A program made the position numbers and the translations under genes. Below are positions 56,727-64,000 of a stretch of DNA of 64,000 nt, piece by piece. Origin of the DNA: an uncultured Granulicella sp. GTDB taxonomy: Bacteria > Acidobacteriota > Terriglobia > Terriglobales > Acidobacteriaceae. Where the stretch lies: the NCBI GenBank assembly GCA_965213785.1, contig OZ243921.1:913959-977958 (forward strand), given 5' to 3'. The stretch's first letter is position 1. Each line of letters opens with the position of its first letter. Below the pieces are notes generated by a model. The model saw only the letters and a program-made list of their open reading frames with translations, had not been told where the DNA came from and did not search any database.

Positions 56727-56780
56727 TTTCTCAAGCCAAACATTTTGATCCTGCGCGTGTCCTGCCCGCTTCCCCACCCT

Positions 56781-56807
56781 TCACGTTCCCCCTCCTTCTG
56801 CCGATGA
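56781..56807 (+). promoter_or_regulatory. Putative sigma28 (FliA) promoter for cheA
   Basis: TCACGTTC-N11-GCCGATGA, 31 nt before the cheA GTG. Confidence 0.65.
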
Positions 56808-56838
56808 GCGAAGGGAAGCGACTGGAGCTCCGCCGCGC

Positions 56839-59583
56839 GTGAAATCCCCAGAAATTGACGAAGATCTTCGAGAGTTCCTCATCGAGAGCAGCGAAAACCT
56901 TGCCAATCTCGACCGTGAAATCGTTCAGCTCGAACAGACCCCCGGAGACATCGCCCTCGTCTCCAGCGTCTTCCGCACCATCCACTCCATCAAAGGAACC
57001 TGTGGCTTCTTCGGCTTCGACCGCCTCGGCTCCCTCGCCCACATCACCGAAAACATCCTCAGCCAGGTCCGTGAGCGCAAACGCGTCCTCACCCCCGAGC
57101 TCATCTCGATCATTCTCGAAGCCGTCGACGAGATCAAGATCATGCTCGCCAGCATCGAGTCCGCCGGCAACGAAGGAGAAGAGCGCACCGTCTCCCTCCG
57201 CGCCCGCCTCAACGCCACCCACAAGGAAGTCGACACCCCCGCCGCCGCCCCCATCGCCCCAACTCCCGCGCCCGTAGCCGCAGCCCCGGCCCTGCCGCCC
57301 GCTGCCCCGCCACCCGCTGCCCCGGAGGTTCCGCCATCCAGCCCAGCCCCGGCCACAGCTTCCATCCCACCCCCCGCCAAGAAGCCCGCCCCCCCCGCCG
57401 CTGACGGCGAAGCCAATCTCGCCGACTCCACCATCCGCGTCGACGTCAAGCTCCTCAACAAGCTCATGAACCTCGTCGGCGAACTCGTCCTCGCCCGCAA
57501 CCAGCTCCTCCAAGACCCCTCCCTTCCCAATAGCAGCCTCCACCGGACCTCGCAGCGCCTCAACCTCATCACCTCCGAGCTGCAGGAAGGCGTCATGAAG
57601 ACGCGCATGCAGCCCATCGGCGTGGTCTGGAACAAGCTCCCCCGCGTCGTCCGCGACCTCGCCTCCAAATGCGGCAAGAGCGTCCAGATCGAGATGGAAG
57701 GCGCCGGCACCGAGCTCGACAAAACCATCCTCGAAGCCATCAAGGACCCCCTCACCCACATCGTGCGCAACTCCTGCGACCACGGCATCGAAACCCCCAG
57801 CGTCCGCATCGCCAAGAACAAGAATCCCGAAGGTCTGCTCCTCCTCCGCGCCTACCACGAGGGCGGCGTGGTCAACATCGAGATCTCCGACGACGGCGCC
57901 GGCGTCGACCCCGAGCGCGTCAAGGCCAAAGCCGTAGAAAAGGATCTCATCCGCCCCGACCAGGCCGCCCAGATGAGCGTCCACGACGCCATCCAGCTCA
58001 TCTTCCTCCCCGGCTTCTCCACCGCCGCCCAGGTCACCAGCATCTCCGGCCGCGGCGTCGGCATGGACGTCGTCAAAACCAACATCGAGAAGATCGGCGG
58101 CCACGTCGAGGTGATGAACCGCCCAGAATCCGGAACCATCATCCGCATCAAGATTCCCCTCACCCTCGCCATCATCCCCGGCCTTATCGTCAAGCTCGAC
58201 GCCCAAAGCCCCGCCACCGCCCTCGACCGCGTCCAGGACGACATCTCCGTCCGCCGCTCCGCCGAGGTCACCCAGCAGCGCCGCCGCTCCGGCCGAGAAG
58301 AACGCTTCGTCATCCCCCAGGCCAACCTCCTCGAACTCGTCCGGCTCGAAGGCAAGACCGGCCTCGACCGAATCGAAAGCGTCCACGGCACCCCCATCTT
58401 CCATCACCGCGGCAAGCTCCTCCCCCTCGCCTATCTCGGCAAGGTCCTCGGCCGCGCCCCCGACCTCACCCCCCGCGAGGTCGTCAACATCGTCGTCCTC
58501 CAGGCCGAGAATCAGCAGATGGGCCTCGTAGTCGACCATATCTGCGACACCCAGGAGATCGTCGTCAAGCCTCTCGGCAAGCAGCTCAAGGCCCTCTCCT
58601 GCTACGTCGGCGCCACCATCATGGACGACGGCCGCCCCGCCCTCATCCTCGACGTCATGGGCCTCGCCAAGCTCTCCGGCCTCCGTGGTCAGAGCCGCCC
58701 GGCCGCCGCCCAGCAGAACGTCGCGGCCAGCATTCCCGCCGTCCGCCAGCAGATGCTCCTCCTCTTCCAGGCCGGACGCTTCGACCGCCTCGCCGTCCCC
58801 CTCTCCCTCGTCGCCCGCCTGGAAGAGATCTCCGCCGACCAGATCGAGCGGGCCGCCGGACGCCTAGTCCTCTTCTACCGCGGAGATATCCTCCCGCTCA
58901 TCTCCCTCGCCCACGTCCTCGACCCCAGCCAGGGGGAGGTCGGCCCCCTCACCGGAACCATCCAGATCGTCGTCTTCACCAACGGCCCCCGCCGCATCGG
59001 CGTCATCGTCGATCAGATCCTCGATATCGTCAAGGAAGCCATCACCATCAAGCGCAGCAGCCCTGTCCGTGGCCTCCTCGGCTCCGCCGTCATCACCGGC
59101 AAGGTCACCGATCTCATCGACCTGCACGCCCTCGTCGAGACCACCGGAGAAAACTGGCTCGACCGCGCCCAGACCATGAAGCAGGCCACCCGCACCGTCC
59201 TCCTCGTCGATCCCTCCCCCGTCGGCCGCGAAATGCTCCAGGAATTCCTCGACGTCTCCGGATACACCGTCCTCCAGGCCGGCTCCCTCCAGGAGGCCCT
59301 CCCCAAGGCCCGCCAGAACCCCATCGACCTCGTCATCACCGCCGTCGACATGCCCGGCAGCGGAGGCAGCGGGCGCGACCTCGCCGACGCCATGCACAAG
59401 GAAGACATGCTCCAGCACATCCCCGTCCTCGGCCTCTTCGACCGCGCAGACCAGATCGTCGACGGCGAACTCGCTATGGGACCCTTCGACGCACACCTCG
59501 TCCGCAGCGATCGTGCCCGCCTCCTTGGCATCCTCGCCGACCTCATGCTCAAATCCCCTGCCCTCGCGGAGGCCATCCGATGA
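56839..59583 (+). CDS. cheA: Hybrid chemotaxis kinase CheA (Hpt-dimerisation-HATPase-CheW x2-degenerate REC)
   Basis: FRTIHSIKG, LMNLVGELVLARNQ, HIVRNSCDHGIE, DDGAG, GFSTA and GRGVGMDVV. Confidence 0.96.
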   Translation: MKSPEIDEDLREFLIESSENLANLDREIVQLEQTPGDIALVSSVFRTIHSIKGTCGFFGFDRLGSLAHITENILSQVRERKRVLTPELISIILEAVDEIKIMLASIESAGNEGEERTVSLRARLNATHKEVDTPAAAPIAPTPAPVAAAPALPPAAPPPAAPEVPPSSPAPATASIPPPAKKPAPPAADGEANLADSTIRVDVKLLNKLMNLVGELVLARNQLLQDPSLPNSSLHRTSQRLNLITSELQEGVMKTRMQPIGVVWNKLPRVVRDLASKCGKSVQIEMEGAGTELDKTILEAIKDPLTHIVRNSCDHGIETPSVRIAKNKNPEGLLLLRAYHEGGVVNIEISDDGAGVDPERVKAKAVEKDLIRPDQAAQMSVHDAIQLIFLPGFSTAAQVTSISGRGVGMDVVKTNIEKIGGHVEVMNRPESGTIIRIKIPLTLAIIPGLIVKLDAQSPATALDRVQDDISVRRSAEVTQQRRRSGREERFVIPQANLLELVRLEGKTGLDRIESVHGTPIFHHRGKLLPLAYLGKVLGRAPDLTPREVVNIVVLQAENQQMGLVVDHICDTQEIVVKPLGKQLKALSCYVGATIMDDGRPALILDVMGLAKLSGLRGQSRPAAAQQNVAASIPAVRQQMLLLFQAGRFDRLAVPLSLVARLEEISADQIERAAGRLVLFYRGDILPLISLAHVLDPSQGEVGPLTGTIQIVVFTNGPRRIGVIVDQILDIVKEAITIKRSSPVRGLLGSAVITGKVTDLIDLHALVETTGENWLDRAQTMKQATRTVLLVDPSPVGREMLQEFLDVSGYTVLQAGSLQEALPKARQNPIDLVITAVDMPGSGGSGRDLADAMHKEDMLQHIPVLGLFDRADQIVDGELAMGPFDAHLVRSDRARLLGILADLMLKSPALAEAIR

Positions 59584-60020
59584 ATCCGCTCCAGACCCGC
59601 CAGTACTCCACCTTCCGTGTCCACGGCCTCTTCCTTGGCGTCGAGGTCGTCAAGGTCCAGGAGATCATCCGCTACCAGGAGATGACCGTCGTCCCTCTCG
59701 CCCCCAACCCGGTCGAGGGCCTCATCAACCTCCGCGGCCAGATCGTCATCGCCATCGACACCCGCCGCAGCCTCGGTCTTCCCCCCATGCTCGGCGGCGG
59801 ACTCCCCATCAACGTCGTCATCCAGTCCGGAGACGGCGCCGCCAGCCTCCTCGTCGATGAGATCGGAGATGTCATCGACGTCCCCCTCGACTGCTACACC
59901 TCCGTCCCCGACAACATGCCCGCCGAACAAAGAGAGCTCATCGAAGGCGTCTACGACCTCAAGGAAGGCCTCCTCCTCGTGCTCGATACCGCACGCCTCC
60001 TGCACAACGCTTGTAACTAA
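59580..60020 (+). CDS. cheW: Chemotaxis coupling protein CheW
   Basis: ATG overlaps the cheA TGA; QEII, VPLAP..VEGLINLRGQIV and LLVDEIGDV. Confidence 0.93.
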   Translation: MNPLQTRQYSTFRVHGLFLGVEVVKVQEIIRYQEMTVVPLAPNPVEGLINLRGQIVIAIDTRRSLGLPPMLGGGLPINVVIQSGDGAASLLVDEIGDVIDVPLDCYTSVPDNMPAEQRELIEGVYDLKEGLLLVLDTARLLHNACN

Positions 60021-60045
60021 AGTTTCGCCCGCAAAGCTTCGATAC
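60018..60045 (+). promoter_or_regulatory. Putative internal sigma28 promoter for the multi-PAS receptor
   Basis: TAAAGTTT (overlapping the cheW stop)-N12-TTCGATAC. Confidence 0.45.
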
Positions 60046-60083
60046 ATACATTCTGAACGGCAACGAAGGATGAGGAAACGACC

Positions 60084-63000
60084 ATGCCGAACGCTACCGC
60101 CACGCCTGCCAAGAGCCGCACCGCCGTCGCCCCCGTCAAGGCGCCCCTCGCCACCCCCGCCCGCGCCAGGGCCCGCGTCGAGACCGACAACACCCAGGCC
60201 ATGCTCAACGCCATCGGCCGCTCCCAGGCCATCATTGAGTTCGATCTCGAAGGCTTTGTCCTCACCGCCAACGACAACTTCCTCGCCGCCATGGGCTACA
60301 CGCTCGACGAGATCAAGAGCAAGCACCACAGCATCTTTGTCGACGCCGCCTATCGCGACTCCTCGGAGTACAAACTCTTCTGGGACAAGCTCAACCGCGG
60401 CGAGTTCCTCACCGGCGACTACAAGCGCGTCGGCAAAGGCGGCCGCGAGGTGTGGATTCAGGCCAGCTACAACCCCATCTTCAACTCCGCCGGAAAGCCC
60501 GTAAAGGTCGTCAAGTTCGCCACCGACATCACCGCGCAGAAGATCAAGAACGCCAACTTCGAGTCCCAGCTCAACGCCATTGGGCGCGCCCAGGCCGTCA
60601 TCGAGTTCGCGCTCGACGGAACCATCCTCAGCGCCAACGACAACTTCCTCAACGCCATGGGCTACTCTCTCGACGAAATCCAGGGCCAGCACCACAGCCT
60701 CTTCGTCGACCCCGCCTACCGCGAATCCACCGAGTACAAGCAGTTCTGGGCCGCCCTCAACAAGGGCCAGTTCGTCGCCGGGGAATACCGCCGCCTCGGC
60801 AAGGGTGGCAAGGAAGTCTGGATTCAGGCCAGCTACAACCCCATCTTCGACCTCAACGGCAAGCCCGCCAAGGTCGTCAAGTTCGCCACCGACGTCACCC
60901 CCCAAAAGATGGCCACCGCCAACTTCGAAGGGCAGCTCACCGCCATCGGCCGCTCTCAGGCCGTCATCGAGTTCAACCTCGACGGAACCATCCTCGCCGC
61001 CAACGATAACTTCCTTCACACCATGGGCTACACCATCGAGGAAATCAAGGGCAAGCACCATAGCCTCTTCGTCGAGCCCGCCTACCGCGACTCCGCCGAG
61101 TACAAGCAGTTCTGGGCTGACCTCAACGCCGGCAAGTTCCTCACCAGCGAATTCAAGCGCCTCGGCAAAAACGGCAAGGAAGTCTGGATCAGCGCCACCT
61201 ACAACCCCATCTTTGATCTCAACGGCAAGCCCTTCAAGATCGTCAAGTTCGCCCACGACGCCACCGCCGCCAAGCTCAGAAACTCCGGATTCGAGTCCCA
61301 GCTCACCGCCATCTCCCGCGCCCAGGCCGTCATCGAGTTCGACCTCACCGGAAAGATCCTCGCCGCCAACGACAACTTCCTCAAGACCATGGGCTACACG
61401 CTCGAAGAGGTCCAAGGCCACCACCACAGCATCTTCGTTGAGCCCTCTTACCGCGAAAGCCCCGCCTACAAACTCTTCTGGTCCCGCCTCAACCGCGGCG
61501 AGTTCCTCACCGACGAGTACAAGCGCATCGGCAAGGGCGGCCGCGAAGTGTGGATCCAGGCCAGCTACAACCCCATCTTCGATCTCAACGGAAACCCCTA
61601 CAAGATCGTGAAGTTCGCCTCCGACGTCACCCAGCAGAAGCTCTCCAACGCAGACTTCGAAGGCCAGATCACCGCCATCTCCCGCTCCCAGGCCGTCATC
61701 GAGTTCGACCTCGAAGGCATCATCCTCACCGCTAACGACAACTTCCTCGCCACCATGGGCTACTCCCTCGACGAAATTCAGGGCAAGCACCACTCCCTCT
61801 TCGTGGAGCCCGACTACAAGGAGTCCGCCGCCTATAAGCTCTTCTGGGCCCGCCTCAACCGCGGTGAGTTCCTCACCGACGAGTACAAGCGCCTCGCCAG
61901 GGGAGGCCGCGAAGTCTGGATCCGCGCTAGCTACAACCCCATCTTCGACCTCAACGGCAAGCCCTTCAAAATCGTAAAATTCGCCTCCGACGTCACCGAG
62001 CAGAAGCTCCGCAACGCCAACTTCGAGTCCCAGCTCACCGCCATCTCTCGCGCCCAGGCAGTCATCGAGTTCACTCTCGACGGAACCATCCTCACCGCGA
62101 ACGACAACTTCCTTACCGTCATGGGCTACACCCTCGAAGAGATCAAGGGCAAGCACCACGGCATCTTCGTCGACCCAACCTATCGCGAAAGCCAGGCCTA
62201 CAAGCAGTTCTGGTCGCGCCTCAACAAGGGAGAGTTCGTCTCCGACGAGTACCGCCGCCTTGCCAAGGGGGGTCGCGAGGTCTGGATTCAGGCAAACTAC
62301 AACCCCATCCTCGATGGCAACGGCAAACCCTGCAAAGTCGTCAAGTTCGCCTCCGACATCACCGAGCAGAAGATCATCAGCGCCAACTGCGAGTCGCAGC
62401 TCACCGCCATCTCTCGCGCCCAGGCCGTCATCGAGTTCGACCTCGACGGAACCATCCTCACCGCCAACAAGAACTTCCTCGACACCGTCGGCTACACCCT
62501 CGAAGAGATCCAGGGCAAGCACCACAGCCTCTTCGTCGAGTCCGACTACCGCGAAAGCTCCGCCTACAAAAAGTTCTGGGAGCGCCTCCGCCAGGGCCAG
62601 TTCGTCTCCGACGAGTTCAAGCGCGTCGCCAAAGGAGGCCGCGAAGTTTGGATTCAGGCCTCCTACAACCCCATCATCGACCTAAACGGCAAGGCCACCA
62701 GCGTCGTCAAGTTCGCCACCGACATCACCCAGCAGAAAACCCGGAACTCCAACTTCGAGTCCCAGATCACCGCCATCTCCCGCGCCCAAGCCGTCATCGA
62801 GTTCGACATGAACGGCATCATCCTCACCGCCAACGATAACTTCCTCAGCACTCTGGGCTACTCCCTCGACGAAATCAAGGGCCGCCATCACAGCATGTTC
62901 GTCGAAACCGCCTACGGCCAGAGCTCCGCCTACAAGCAGTTCTGGACTCGCCTCAACCAGGGCCAGTTCCTCACCGACGAGTACAAGCGCATCGCCAAGG

Positions 63001-64000
63001 GTGGCCGCGAGGTCTGGATTCAGGCCTCTTACAACCCCATCTTCGACCTCAACGGTGAGCCCTATAAAGTCGTCAAGTTCGCCACCGACACCACCGAGCA
63101 GCGCGTCAAAAACGCCAACTTCGAGTCGCAAATCAACGCCATCGGCCGCGCCCAGGCCGTCATCGAGTTCGACCTCGACGGCATCATCCTCTCGGCCAAC
63201 AACAACTTCCTCAACGCCATGGGGTACACCCTCGACGAGATCAAGGGCAAGCACCACAGCATGTTCGTCGATCCCACCCAACGCGAAAGCGACGCCTACA
63301 AACAGTTCTGGGCCAAGCTCAACGCCGGCGAGTTCCTCTTCAACGAATACAAGCGCTTCGGCAAGAACGGCAAGGAAGTCTGGATCTCCGCCAGCTACAA
63401 CCCCATCTTCGACCTCAACGGAAAGCCCTCCAAGGTCGTCAAGTTCGCCACCGACGTGACCCAGCAGAAGGTCGCCACCGCCAACTTCGAAGGCCAGATC
63501 AACGCCATCTCCCACGCCCAGGCCGTCATCGAGTTCGATCTCTCCGGCAAGATCCTCCACGCCAACGAGAACTTCCTCAAGACCATGGGCTACACCCTCG
63601 ATGAGGTCAAGGGCCAGCACCACAGCATGTTCGTCGATCCCGCCTACAAAGTCAGCGTCGAGTACCGCGACTTCTGGGCCAAGCTAAACCGCGGAGAGTT
63701 CCTCTCCGACGAGTTCTGCCGCGTCGGCAAGGGCGGCAAGGAGGTCTGGATCCAGGCCACCTACAACCCCATCCTCGACCTCAACGGAAAGCCCTGCAAG
63801 GTCGTCAAGCTCGCCGCCGACATCACCGCCCAGGTCGACCTCCGCAAGCAAGCCGAGGTCCAAGAACTTCGTGAAAAGGAGATCGCCGCCGCTCTCCAGA
63901 CCAAGGTCAACAGCCTCCTCGAAGTCGTCGCCGCCGCCGCCCAGGGAGACCTCACCCGCAAGATCACCGTCACCGGAGACGACCTCGCCGGGCAGATGGC
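60084..64000 (+). CDS. Soluble chemoreceptor-like protein with ten tandem PAS domains, then a HAMP-like segment; 3'-partial
   Basis: ATG 60084 after GAGG; frame open to the window end (absent from the ORF track because it has no stop). QAVIEF..ANDNF..HHS.FV..FW..L..G..WI.A.YNPI repeats ten times, then AAAQGDLTRKITVTG. Confidence 0.9.
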   Translation, partial: MPNATATPAKSRTAVAPVKAPLATPARARARVETDNTQAMLNAIGRSQAIIEFDLEGFVLTANDNFLAAMGYTLDEIKSKHHSIFVDAAYRDSSEYKLFWDKLNRGEFLTGDYKRVGKGGREVWIQASYNPIFNSAGKPVKVVKFATDITAQKIKNANFESQLNAIGRAQAVIEFALDGTILSANDNFLNAMGYSLDEIQGQHHSLFVDPAYRESTEYKQFWAALNKGQFVAGEYRRLGKGGKEVWIQASYNPIFDLNGKPAKVVKFATDVTPQKMATANFEGQLTAIGRSQAVIEFNLDGTILAANDNFLHTMGYTIEEIKGKHHSLFVEPAYRDSAEYKQFWADLNAGKFLTSEFKRLGKNGKEVWISATYNPIFDLNGKPFKIVKFAHDATAAKLRNSGFESQLTAISRAQAVIEFDLTGKILAANDNFLKTMGYTLEEVQGHHHSIFVEPSYRESPAYKLFWSRLNRGEFLTDEYKRIGKGGREVWIQASYNPIFDLNGNPYKIVKFASDVTQQKLSNADFEGQITAISRSQAVIEFDLEGIILTANDNFLATMGYSLDEIQGKHHSLFVEPDYKESAAYKLFWARLNRGEFLTDEYKRLARGGREVWIRASYNPIFDLNGKPFKIVKFASDVTEQKLRNANFESQLTAISRAQAVIEFTLDGTILTANDNFLTVMGYTLEEIKGKHHGIFVDPTYRESQAYKQFWSRLNKGEFVSDEYRRLAKGGREVWIQANYNPILDGNGKPCKVVKFASDITEQKIISANCESQLTAISRAQAVIEFDLDGTILTANKNFLDTVGYTLEEIQGKHHSLFVESDYRESSAYKKFWERLRQGQFVSDEFKRVAKGGREVWIQASYNPIIDLNGKATSVVKFATDITQQKTRNSNFESQITAISRAQAVIEFDMNGIILTANDNFLSTLGYSLDEIKGRHHSMFVETAYGQSSAYKQFWTRLNQGQFLTDEYKRIAKGGREVWIQASYNPIFDLNGEPYKVVKFATDTTEQRVKNANFESQINAIGRAQAVIEFDLDGIILSANNNFLNAMGYTLDEIKGKHHSMFVDPTQRESDAYKQFWAKLNAGEFLFNEYKRFGKNGKEVWISASYNPIFDLNGKPSKVVKFATDVTQQKVATANFEGQINAISHAQAVIEFDLSGKILHANENFLKTMGYTLDEVKGQHHSMFVDPAYKVSVEYRDFWAKLNRGEFLSDEFCRVGKGGKEVWIQATYNPILDLNGKPCKVVKLAADITAQVDLRKQAEVQELREKEIAAALQTKVNSLLEVVAAAAQGDLTRKITVTGDDLAGQM
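60225..63830 (+). repeat. Ten 366-bp intragenic tandem repeats (PAS units)
   Basis: The QA(V/I)IEF motif starts at 60225, 60591, 60957, 61323, 61689, 62055, 62421, 62787, 63153 and 63519. Confidence 0.95.

Noticed and set aside
59013-62525. 1170-aa minus-strand ORF (and 62682-63623)
   Set aside because: Antisense shadow of cheA/cheW/multi-PAS gene; it mirrors the same 366-nt repeat and has no independent motifs.
1-64000. tRNA/rRNA/tmRNA genes, integrases, transposases, defence systems
   Set aside because: None recognised by eye; a tRNAscan/Rfam/DefenseFinder run would be needed to exclude them formally.

Overview
High-GC (~65-70%) chromosomal window, most likely from an Acidobacteriota (Terriglobales/Granulicella-like) genome. 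That taxonomy is inferred from gene content and intergenic repeat style, not from a search. About 52 credible CDS are present: housekeeping genes (tsaC, a TrmH methylase, rarA, ychF, cca, folD, ppc, moaA, rfbC, gatCA), envelope/EPS genes, two TonB-dependent receptors, and a divergent chemotaxis cluster (cheX-cheY / cheA-cheW-receptor) that runs off the right edge. No rRNA, tRNA, CRISPR array, integrase or intact transposase was seen. Most long ORFs in the supplied track are GC-rich antisense shadows. Main observations: (1) an intact but start-less alternative C-terminal cassette lies in frame directly after the stop codon of the Oar-like TonB-dependent receptor (44611-45063); (2) a soluble putative chemoreceptor has ten tandem PAS domains at an exact 366-nt period, next to a CheA with a degenerate receiver domain, and the cluster has three sigma28-like promoters; (3) a ~14-15 kb block (about 10.1/11.8-25.45 kb) has the opposite G/C strand skew to its flanks, with a decayed gene at its right edge and a 420-bp segment bounded by 14-bp inverted repeats near its left edge; (4) a doubled 19-bp palindromic box precedes the iron-uptake genes; (5) there are several gene relics, low-GC insertions and short tandem/REP-like repeats. 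All homology calls are by motif recognition only.
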